DNA of 32,000 nt from NCBI RefSeq assembly GCF_016592615.1, contig NZ_AP013043.1:840001-872000 (forward strand), written 5' to 3'. A model generated the notes under the pieces. It was not told the DNA's origin. It saw only the letters and a program-made list of their open reading frames with translations, and did no database searches. Shown piece by piece: positions 9,401 through 16,704 of the stretch. The number at the start of each line of letters is the position of its first letter. Position 1 is the first letter of the stretch. A program made the translations under genes and the position numbers. Origin of the DNA: Isorropodon fossajaponicum endosymbiont JTNG4 (GTDB taxonomy: Bacteria; Pseudomonadota; Gammaproteobacteria; PS1; Pseudothioglobaceae).

Positions 9401-9720
9401 CACATAGTGACGACAAAACTACATGTCAATATACAGTCAACAATAATAAAGTTATTCCGCCAAAAGGATATCCAAATATTGAGCAATTAATGGGTAAAAA
9501 GTTTAGTAGTCGCAAAGATGCTAAACAATATGCAGAAAAAGTTACAACAGAATCCAAAAAAACAACGCATCTAGTAGAGAATGAGTTTGACTTTGAGGTT
9601 TTTTCTAACTGGGATGATGCAAGTGAGTACGCTCAAGAGAAGCCTGGTAAGAGGAGTATTGAAAGACTAGATGAAAGACTAGATAAAGGAAGAGGATTTA
9701 CCGTTAAAGAGAAAAAGTAG
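6490..9720 (+). CDS. Helicase IV (HelD)-like SF1 UvrD-family helicase with an inserted PD-(D/E)xK-like module and C-terminal zinc ribbons
   Basis: The N-terminal domain is laid out like E. coli HelD. Walker A LVLAGAGTGKTS, motif II MVDEFQDISDPRA, motif III VGDDWQAIYRFSG, then TVHASKGKEADYVIVM and RRLFYVAITRAKKR. Insert: GERIVANFLLRMGIEYEYEAKY...YKPDFYLPEHDVYIEHLG (7585-7737). C-terminus (9130-9430): CIKC..x..GCSHWSLC, CSHCGG...CLPC and CPDCG...C, which look like topoisomerase-type Zn fingers. Confidence 0.85.
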   Translation: MAETKHLIPGLFWRLLGFKGGSIDISEKGITLHKSDKSYFIDNHAFVKKGFITGGWPSFLVFNTTQGEIKFGPLSHAKATQAYEWLQSYWYKEIFPEINKTFKSLQRRLTSRYIRSSQWPEIISDAQSALNRFVKPPNEGLVDDKIRHPFIKINIYAHMERDKLDDYRKEYLTRKKKQFKKYFKNIESHPLTEDQIEACIIDEDNNLVLAGAGTGKTSTMVGRAGFLLESKQAKPEDILMLAFTKEASKEMQERMQQRINRDDVSISTFHKLGINILSEVEGGQPNISKYAEDNKSKNSVFKQDVSKWIDELLEQDSYKDKVIKYFEDYLYVEKSPFDFKTQGEYFTYIEADEIRTFKGVKVKGHGERIVANFLLRMGIEYEYEAKYKFDTKTIEYRQYKPDFYLPEHDVYIEHLGVDRDESTAPYIDKDLYHQGIRWKRNIHKINKTNLIETFYYEHKDGTLRSNLTKKLNDLGIECNPLPNDAIIETLREHEEITKFSDLMAEIIKRYKANWFDQDKLNSKINASPYKKHLNIALELMMPLMNRYEKILRDNDEIDFEDMIGKALEYVLDGSFKPQWKFIMVDEFQDISDPRARLVQALKEKSVDCSLFCVGDDWQAIYRFSGSDISFTTGFSEYFGATQFTKLKKTFRFNNSIAEVSSQFVLKNPFQTKKSITTLSKVKKPAISILRESNKVVAGDDKELNLLLRRLAKQPDNNNSPYLLGRYMQVDKVLQAINKLDRKVSVLILGRYKYTIPSPAEMKLHKEKFPNLELNKHTVHASKGKEADYVIVMRLQSGKDGFPSEKTNNPLLDALLPTPEDFEFAEERRLFYVAITRAKKRSYLIADMSTSSSFVNELINEDYDIELNEFEIAQEQRIFQKFHCIKCETGVMQHKVRRKDNATFYGCSHWSLCKHTENECSHCGGAMTRVNESNKYRVCLPCKNWVLVCPDCGDDMKCISGKYGLFWRGLRSHSDDKTTCQYTVNNNKVIPPKGYPNIEQLMGKKFSSRKDAKQYAEKVTTESKKTTHLVENEFDFEVFSNWDDASEYAQEKPGKRSIERLDERLDKGRGFTVKEKK

Positions 9721-9730
9721 TTTGTATTAA

Positions 9731-9777
9731 TTGACGTTACTCTATTTATGTTGTATGATGTACAACAAACAACATAA
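9731..9777 (+). promoter_or_regulatory. Sigma70-like promoter with an overlapping inverted repeat (candidate operator) upstream of the XRE regulator
   Basis: TTGACG (9731-9736), 17-nt spacer, TATGAT (9754-9759). Inverted repeats TGTTGTA (9749-9755) / TACAACA (9761-9767) and TTATGTTG (9746-9753) / CAACATAA (9770-9777) overlap the -10 element. Confidence 0.45.
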
Positions 9778-9785
9778 AGTCAGAT

Positions 9786-10457
9786 ATGAACACAACAGGT
9801 TTTGGTTACTTTCTAAGAGATATTCGTGAAAACGGTAAGATTTCTTTGCGCAAGCTAGCCCAAGAAACTCAGCTTGATCCAGCATATCTTTCACGAATGG
9901 AACGTGAAATGAGTCCAGCTCCTAGAGTGGAAATTGTTCAACGACTCGCTAAAGCACTTTGTGGTCTGCAAAACTTATCAATGGCAGAATGTGAAAAACT
10001 GAAACGTGATTTACTAGATTCAGCAGGACAACTTACTGAGAGCGCTGATTTGATTGATGACCTAAAGCAGCGTTTTGCGGAACGATTAAGAGACCAAGGG
10101 ATGGAGGAATCCTACATTGTTGATGCAGTCAGCAAGGTTAGCTTAGAAACTATGGACAGAATCTTAAGTGGCCTAGAGAATTTAGAAATTGGTTGTATCA
10201 GTCATTTTGTACCTGGTCCAGATTATTTACCGCTTGATGAAATTGAAGAGCGTAAATCAAAAGGCGAAGAAGTACACTTATTGAAAATGAAGGAAGTGCC
10301 TGCTTCTCCATCTCCTAGAAGAGCGAGCAAAGCTGTCAAAAAAACTAAGTTTCGAGCTGGCTCCCGTGCTTTTATTGAGGTCGATGGCGACCTGACCCCC
10401 TATCAAGAAGAGTTACTGAGGTCGATCACTAGTACGGTGCGACTCATACTAAAATAA
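9786..10457 (+). CDS. XRE-family helix-turn-helix transcriptional regulator with an uncharacterised C-terminal extension
   Basis: HTH_XRE pattern FGYFLRDIRENGKISLRKLAQETQLDPAYLSRMEREMSPAPRVEIVQRLAKAL. At 223 aa it is much longer than a minimal Cro/C-protein. Confidence 0.8.
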   Translation: MNTTGFGYFLRDIRENGKISLRKLAQETQLDPAYLSRMEREMSPAPRVEIVQRLAKALCGLQNLSMAECEKLKRDLLDSAGQLTESADLIDDLKQRFAERLRDQGMEESYIVDAVSKVSLETMDRILSGLENLEIGCISHFVPGPDYLPLDEIEERKSKGEEVHLLKMKEVPASPSPRRASKAVKKTKFRAGSRAFIEVDGDLTPYQEELLRSITSTVRLILK

Positions 10458-10493
10458 AAATAAGATAAATAATAACAAAATAGGAGAACGAAA

Positions 10494-10748
10494 ATGATTA
10501 GAAGATCAAAAGGCTACGCAGTGGTAGAAGTAATGAATGCTGATAGAGAAATTAGAGCATCATTCAGCAAACTTGTGGATGCAATGGCGTTTCATAATGA
10601 TGACAAAATTGACATTGAAAAAGCAAGAATGCAATTTAAGAAAATAACCGATCGTGTGATTCGTGATTTTGAAGAAGATATGATGAATTTTCCTTCGCAT
10701 AGCGATTCACAAAGACCAGTTGAAAGAAGAATTTATACACACCAGTAG
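10494..10748 (+). CDS. Hypothetical 84-aa protein
   Basis: AGGAG RBS at 10482-10486, 7 nt before the ATG. No recognisable motif. Confidence 0.55.
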   Translation: MIRRSKGYAVVEVMNADREIRASFSKLVDAMAFHNDDKIDIEKARMQFKKITDRVIRDFEEDMMNFPSHSDSQRPVERRIYTHQ

Positions 10749-10931
10749 ATGTTAGAGAGTATACAACTTAGCGATTATCAACCTGACGAATTTAAGGAGT
10801 TGTACGTCTGTGCTTTAATACTGATGGCGCAAGATTCATCAATACAGGATGCACACAGTAGAGTGGAAACCTTGAGAGAGGGGTTAGAGTTTGAAGTAGA
10901 GGTCATACCAAATCGTGAAGAGACACACTAA
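10749..10931 (+). CDS. Hypothetical acidic 60-aa protein
   Basis: The ATG follows the upstream TAG directly (TAGATG), which suggests translational coupling. No recognisable motif. Confidence 0.45.
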   Translation: MLESIQLSDYQPDEFKELYVCALILMAQDSSIQDAHSRVETLREGLEFEVEVIPNREETH

Positions 10932-10969
10932 TGTCATGAAGATCAACTAAAAACAACCTTGGTATTTAG

Positions 10970-11323
10970 ATGAAAAAACTAATATTATTATCTTTATTAT
11001 TAAGCTTTAGTGCCTATAGCGACTGTTTAGACAACGCCATAACAACCACTGCTATGGTTGCTTGTTACGAGACACAGTTAGAAATAGAAGAGCAGAAACT
11101 AGATGATATGCTTAACAAGGCTTACAAGAAATCAGACTGGATTGCTTATGAGATTGAGCAGTCGCAGAAGTATTGGCTTCAATATAGGGACGCTCAATGC
11201 AGTGCTATATATTCTTTCTATGAGAGGGGCACAATGAGATTTATCGCTCATCCTTCTTGTATGGTTGAGTTGAGCAAGCAGAGGCAGAAGGAAATTTATA
11301 CAAGTTTTGTTGAGGATTGGTAA
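10970..11323 (+). CDS. Secreted DUF1311 / LprI-like (lysozyme-inhibitor family) protein
   Basis: Signal peptide MKKLILLSLLLSFSAYS. DUF1311 pattern with conserved Cys spacing: C..........C.....E...LD..LN.AY.......Q..WL.YRD..C.......G......C......R..E. Confidence 0.7.
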   Translation: MKKLILLSLLLSFSAYSDCLDNAITTTAMVACYETQLEIEEQKLDDMLNKAYKKSDWIAYEIEQSQKYWLQYRDAQCSAIYSFYERGTMRFIAHPSCMVELSKQRQKEIYTSFVEDW

Positions 11324-11370
11324 TAATTTTGTTGATAGATAAGTAGTAGCTAAGAAGATAAGAGTAAATA

Positions 11371-11417
11371 AGCTATGCACCCTATGCACATTGATTTAAT
11401 GCATAGCTTGCATAGCT
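11371..11417. repeat. Imperfect inverted repeat built from GCTATGCA units, upstream of the MTase module
   Basis: AGCTATGCACCCTATGCA (11371-11388), 11-nt spacer, TGCATAGCTTGCATAGCT (11400-11417). The arms match at 16/18 positions. A related element lies at 16658-16696. Confidence 0.7.
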
Positions 11418-11448
11418 TTAATAGGTGATAATTAATACATAAATCATT

Positions 11449-13546
11449 ATGAATATAACACAGATAGAACAAAACCTTAAAGGCCTAATCGATTCATTCG
11501 ATAAGGATGAGTTTATCTATGATTTATTATTAGCTTACGGAAGGCCTAAGGCGTCCATTACTCGTCTTAAAAGTGGCAACTTAAACCTGTCTTCAGTAGA
11601 AGGTGAAGTATCCTGGAAGAAGCAATTATTCTTTAAAGAAGAATACAATGCTGACCTACACCTAACAGTTTCAGAGTTAGTTAAAACAATCAAGAATGAC
11701 CAAAGGTTTGTCATCGTTACTGATTATGAAACTCTTCTAGCGATTGATGCCAAGACACTAGATAAGCTTGATATTAAACTAACTGATTTACCTAAGCATT
11801 ATGATTTCTTCTTGCCTTGGGCTGGCATGGAGAAAACTCAGCATCAAGATGAAAATCCTGCCGATGTTAAAGCTGCTGAGAAGATGGCTAAGCTATTTGA
11901 TAAGATTAAGGAAGATAATCCAGATGACTCACCTGAGTTTATTCATGGTCTAAATGTCTTCTTATCAAGGCTGTTGTTCTGTTTCTTTGCAGAAGACACT
12001 AATATCTTTACTGGGAATCAGTTTACTTCTAACATAAGCTCACACACACAGCCTGATGGCAGTGATTTACATAGTTACCTAGCAAGCTTGTTCAAGGTAT
12101 TAAACACACCTGAATCGGACAGACAAGGCCTACCTGATTACTTAAAAGAGTTTCCTTATGTCAATGGTGAGCTGTTTAGTAAAGAGCATCAAATACCTGT
12201 ATTTAAGACCAAATCAAGACAAGCGATTATCGATAGTGGTACGCTAGACTGGTCAAGCATTAACCCTGACATCTTTGGCTCAATGTTCCAAGCAGTAGTT
12301 GGAGAGACTGAACGGGGTAGCTTAGGCATGCACTACACCTCGGTGCCTAATATCATGAAGGTAATCAAGCCTTTATTCTTAGATGATTTGTATGAAGCCT
12401 TTGATAAGTCAATTGGAAATAATAAGAAGCTAATTAAGTTAGCTGATAGACTTAGTAAGATTAAGATATTCGACCCTGCTTGTGGCTCAGGGAACTTCCT
12501 GATTATTGCCTTTAAAGAGCTTAAGAGATTAGAGATGGAAATCTTTAAAGAGTTGAACTCTTTCACCTTTTCACAAATAACACCTTCACAGTTCTACGGT
12601 ATTGAAATAGATGACTTTGCTCATGAAATAGCCAAACTGTCTTTATGGTTGACCGAACATCAAATGAATGTTGAGTTTAATAATGAGTTTGGCAGGGCTA
12701 ATCCAACGCTACCACTTAAGAAAGCTGGCAATATTACTTGTGCAAATGCTACGAGAATTGATTGGGAAGAGGTTTGCCCTAAAGATCGAGATGATGAAAT
12801 TTATGTTTTAGGAAATCCTCCCTATTTAGGTTCAAGAAATCAAAATCTTCATCAAAAAGATGATATGAAATTTGTATTTACAACTGGATACAAGAGTTTA
12901 GATTATATTTCTTGTTGGTTTTATCTGGGTGCGAACTACATAAGGGGTGTAAATATAAAGTGTGCATTTGTATCTACTAATTCAATATCTCAAGGCGAAC
13001 AAGTGTCACTTACATGGCCAAGAGTTCTAAAAAAAGATGTAGAGATATTTTTTGCTTATCAGTCATTTAAGTGGAAAAACAATGCCATAAGCAATGCTAA
13101 TGTAATAGTTGTTATTATTGGCATTGCAAACACCTCTAGTGATAAAAAATATATGTTTAAGGAAGCGATAAAGCATGAAGTTTCAAGTATAAATGCATAT
13201 GTTATGGATGAGGGCTGTTGGAGGAAGGCTAAAAACAGATTATAGGTATTCAAAAAATGTTGTTTACAATACCTTTCCATTTCCAACAATGAGCAAGAGG
13301 CAAAAAGAAGAATTAACTCAACATGTTTTTAATATCCTGGGTGAGCGAGAAAAGCACCCTGAGAAGACATTAGCCCAACTCTACGATCCAGACAAAATGC
13401 CAGACGGTTTACGAGAAGCTCATCATCAAAATGATTTAGCGATTGAGAGTTGTTATCGTAGCAAGCCATTTGAAAATGATGAAGAAAGACTGGAGTATTT
13501 ATTTAAACTATATGAAAAGATGATTGCCGAAGAGGAGACTAAGTAA
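11449..13546 (+). pseudogene. MmeI-family-like gamma-class N6-adenine DNA methyltransferase, disrupted by a frameshift and an apparent deletion of the target-recognition domain
   Basis: Motif I IFDPACGSGNFLI (from 12469) precedes motif IV GNPPYLG (NPPY at 12814-12825). FVSTNSISQGEQV is present. The family C-terminal tail GGRLKTDYRYSKNVVYNTFPFP...LYDPDKMPDGLREAHHQNDLAIE...ERLEYLFKLYE is in a different frame (13193-3546). Frame 1 stops at 13243-13245. Confidence 0.75.
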
Positions 13547-13547
13547 T

Positions 13548-15476
13548 ATGCCAAATTTAATTGATGTTGAATACGCTCAAACGGGCCAAAGCACCAGTAC
13601 CAATGAGATGGGTATGCGAGACATGCAGGTTCGTGCCTTTGATGGTCGTGATGCTCAATACATTCTACTAAAGTCTCCACCAGCCTCAGGCAAGTCTCGT
13701 GCTTTAATGTATATAGCGTTAGACAAGTTAATCAATCAAGGTGTTAAAAAGGTAATTGTTGCCGTGCCTGAACGCTCAATTGGTGGCTCGTTTGTGACAA
13801 CTGATTTAAAGTCCAAAGGATTCTTTGAGGACTGGGAGCCAAGTGATCGATATAACCTTTGCACCCCAGGGGGAAGCAAGAGCAAGGTCAAGGCTTTCCA
13901 TAACTTTCTAGATAGTGATGAACAGATACTAATTTGTACACACGCCACACTTCGCTTTGCATGTGAGGGGATAGATGAAAGTCAGTTTAACGATGTACTA
14001 TTGGCAATTGATGAGTTCCATCACGTGTCGGCAGATGTAAATAGTCGATTAGGTGAACTATTAAGGCCAATCATGAATAGGTCTTCCGCACATATTTTTG
14101 CCATGACTGGTTCGTACTTTAGAGGAGATAGTGTTCCAATTCTATTGGCAGCAGATGAAGCTAAATTTACTAAGATCACTTATAACTATTATGAGCAGTT
14201 AAACGGCTATAAATACTTAAAGTCTTTAGGTATTGGCTATCACTTTTATCAAGGTAAATATACTTCTGCGATTATGGAAGTATTAGACACAGACAAGAAG
14301 ACCATTCTTCACATTCCTAATGTCAACTCAGGTGAGTCAACCAAAGACAAGCATAATGAAGTTGATTTCATTCTAGATGCTATTGGCGATGTAGTGAGCC
14401 AGGATGCCGATACAGGCGTTATTCATGTCAAAAGACATGGTGATGACGGCAAGATGTTAAAAATAGCCGATTTAGTGGAGGATACCGCTCTTGAAAGGGA
14501 TAAGATTGTGGCTTATTTGAGAGGTATGAATTCTGTTGATGACATGGATTTAATTATTGCTCTGGGTATGGCCAAAGAAGGATTTGACTGGCCATATTGT
14601 GAGCATGCATTAACCGTTGGTTACCGAAGTTCACTCACTGAAATCATTCAAATCATTGGCCGAGCCACTCGTGATAGTGACAATAAGAATCATGCCCAAT
14701 TCACTAACTTAATTGCTCAGCCTGATGCAGATAATGATGAGGTTAAGATAGCTGTTAATAACATGCTTAAAGCTATTACTGCGTCACTATTAATGGAACA
14801 AGTTCTAGCCCCTAGCTTTAAATTTAAAACCAAATTATCAGATGATGACACATCAACAGGCAGGACAATAAAAGTTGGCGGCCTGAAAGAGCCTAGCTCT
14901 AAACGAGTTAAAGATATTGTTGAGTCTGACTTAAATGATTTAAAGGCTGCGATATTACAAGACCCTCAGATGCTCAAAGCCATGCCAGGCAATATAGACC
15001 CCAAGGTTATGAATGAGGTGTTAATCCCTAAAATCATTAGAACCAAATACCCTGATTTATCTGACCAAGAGTTAGAAGAAGTACGTCAGCATGTAGTGAC
15101 TGATTCAGTGATTAAGAATGGTGAGATTAAAAAAGTAGGTGACAAACGATTCATTCGTATGGCGGATACTTTTATTGATATTGATGAGATAAACATAGAC
15201 TTAATTGATTCTATTAACCCCTTTCAAAAAGCCTTTGAAATCATGTCTAAGTCAGTCACTAAACAGGTGCTTAAAGTTATTCAAGAAACTATCCAGGCTA
15301 CAAGAATTAAGATGGATTGGGAGGAGGCAAAGATACTGTGGCCCAAGGTTAAAGAGTTTGTCAAAGCCAATAAAAGAGAACCAAGCATTGAATCTCGTAA
15401 CCCTCAAGAGCAACGTTTGGCAGAATGTGTAATTTACCTTAAAGAAGAGAAAAGAAGGAATGCCCAGAATGGATAA
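13548..15476 (+). CDS. SF2 DExH-box helicase/translocase (restriction Res-like) with an uncharacterised C-terminal region of about 200 aa
   Basis: ATG at 13548 with a GAGGAG RBS (13532-13537), 1 nt after the MTase stop. Walker A LLKSPPASGKSRAL, DEFH box AIDEFHH (14010-14021), motif III-like MTGSYFRGD and motif VI QIIGRATRD. Confidence 0.8.
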   Translation: MPNLIDVEYAQTGQSTSTNEMGMRDMQVRAFDGRDAQYILLKSPPASGKSRALMYIALDKLINQGVKKVIVAVPERSIGGSFVTTDLKSKGFFEDWEPSDRYNLCTPGGSKSKVKAFHNFLDSDEQILICTHATLRFACEGIDESQFNDVLLAIDEFHHVSADVNSRLGELLRPIMNRSSAHIFAMTGSYFRGDSVPILLAADEAKFTKITYNYYEQLNGYKYLKSLGIGYHFYQGKYTSAIMEVLDTDKKTILHIPNVNSGESTKDKHNEVDFILDAIGDVVSQDADTGVIHVKRHGDDGKMLKIADLVEDTALERDKIVAYLRGMNSVDDMDLIIALGMAKEGFDWPYCEHALTVGYRSSLTEIIQIIGRATRDSDNKNHAQFTNLIAQPDADNDEVKIAVNNMLKAITASLLMEQVLAPSFKFKTKLSDDDTSTGRTIKVGGLKEPSSKRVKDIVESDLNDLKAAILQDPQMLKAMPGNIDPKVMNEVLIPKIIRTKYPDLSDQELEEVRQHVVTDSVIKNGEIKKVGDKRFIRMADTFIDIDEINIDLIDSINPFQKAFEIMSKSVTKQVLKVIQETIQATRIKMDWEEAKILWPKVKEFVKANKREPSIESRNPQEQRLAECVIYLKEEKRRNAQNG

Positions 15477-16647
15477 AGAGCAAGCTCTATCCGCTATATT
15501 TGCAGATGACCCTTTAGGTATTCTTGTAATAAGGGCAGCTTCAGCACCGAGAACATCTGATGAGAGGCTAGTGTCTTCATTCCAAGAGATTACTGATTTT
15601 TATACAGCCAACGGGCGTGAGCCAGAAGCAAATCAGAGTGATATTGCAGAGTACCAATTACATGCAAGATTAAACAGTCTTAGAGAAGACACTGATAAAG
15701 CCGAATCGTTAGAAGAGTACGATCAGTTTGATTTACTTAAGGTTGAAGAAAAAGAAATTAATTCTATTGATGATATATTTGATGATGACTCCCTAAATAT
15801 TCTTGGTGGAGATGATGAGGGTCTGTTTGATTTTGAACACACACCAAAGCAAAAAGATATTAATAAAGCTGACTTCGTTGCTCAAAGAAAACGATGCAAG
15901 GACTTTGATAAATATGAGCAGCAGTTCAAAGACATTCATCATGACTTAAAAGCAGGAAAAAGAAAGCTTATACCTTATCAAGAGAAGCAATTAAATGAGG
16001 CAGGCAATTACTTTGTTCACAATGGAATCTTGCTTTACCTTGAAACTATTAATGACCTAGCAAAGGATAGGTTTCATAAGGCTGATGGTAGAACTAAAAT
16101 CATCTTTGAAAATGGCACTGAATCAAACATGAAGCTTCGTTCACTTGGTAAAAATTTACTAAAAAATAGCAAAGCAGTTACAGCTAATACAGAACAATAC
16201 GATGAAGACTTCCTTAAAACCTTTAATAATGTAACTGATGAAGACGATGAAACAGGCTTTATCTATGTCTTAAAATCGAACAGCATGGACGAGACTATTG
16301 CATCAATTGCCAACCTGCATAAGATTGGATACTCAAAGAATGATGTTGCTGGACGAATTAAGAATGCAGAGCATGAGCCAACCTATCTAATGGCCTCAGT
16401 TTCAATTGTTGGTATTTGGCAATGTTTCAATATGAATCCGCAGAAGTTCGAGCAATTACTCCATAACTTCTTTGGCATGACATGTCTTGATCTAGATGTG
16501 TTTGATGACAATGGCAAACGTCATAGGCCGCAAGAGTGGTTTATTGTCCCAATTGAGGCAATCAATCAGGCGATTGAAATGATAATTAGTGGCGTTATTG
16601 TCAACTATAGATATGACCAGGAATCTGAATCTATTGTATTAAGATAG
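15460..16647 (+). CDS. Protein with a C-terminal T5orf172 (GIY-YIG superfamily) domain
   Basis: The ATG at 15460 overlaps the helicase stop (15476). The C-terminal GFIYVLKSNS...LHKIGYSKNDVAGRIKN......IVGIWQCFNMNPQKFEQLLHNFF.......RPQEWFIVPIEAINQAIEMI fits the T5orf172 pattern. An alternative start lies at 15469. Confidence 0.7.
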   Translation: MPRMDKEQALSAIFADDPLGILVIRAASAPRTSDERLVSSFQEITDFYTANGREPEANQSDIAEYQLHARLNSLREDTDKAESLEEYDQFDLLKVEEKEINSIDDIFDDDSLNILGGDDEGLFDFEHTPKQKDINKADFVAQRKRCKDFDKYEQQFKDIHHDLKAGKRKLIPYQEKQLNEAGNYFVHNGILLYLETINDLAKDRFHKADGRTKIIFENGTESNMKLRSLGKNLLKNSKAVTANTEQYDEDFLKTFNNVTDEDDETGFIYVLKSNSMDETIASIANLHKIGYSKNDVAGRIKNAEHEPTYLMASVSIVGIWQCFNMNPQKFEQLLHNFFGMTCLDLDVFDDNGKRHRPQEWFIVPIEAINQAIEMIISGVIVNYRYDQESESIVLR

Positions 16648-16657
16648 GCCCAATTAA

Positions 16658-16696
16658 AGCTAGGCAAGCTATGCACTTTGCATAACTTGCATAGTG
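16658..16696. repeat. Imperfect inverted repeat of GCTATGCA-type units, downstream of the MTase module
   Basis: AGCTAGGCAAGCTATGCA (16658-16675), loop CTT, TGCATAACTTGCATAGTG (16679-16696). Each arm matches its counterpart at 11371-11417 at 15/18 positions. It sits between convergent genes, so it may also act as a terminator hairpin. Confidence 0.65.
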
Positions 16697-16704
16697 TTAT
16701 GTTG

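Noticed and set aside
13193-13546. 117-aa ORF as an independent gene
   Set aside because: Its sequence is the conserved C-terminal tail of MmeI-family methyltransferases, and its frame is closed by TAA directly upstream. I treat it as the displaced 3' part of the disrupted MTase gene.
13524-13547. Upstream TTG start for the helicase (MPKRRLSN)
   Set aside because: The ATG at 13548 has a well-spaced GAGGAG RBS and follows the MTase stop directly.
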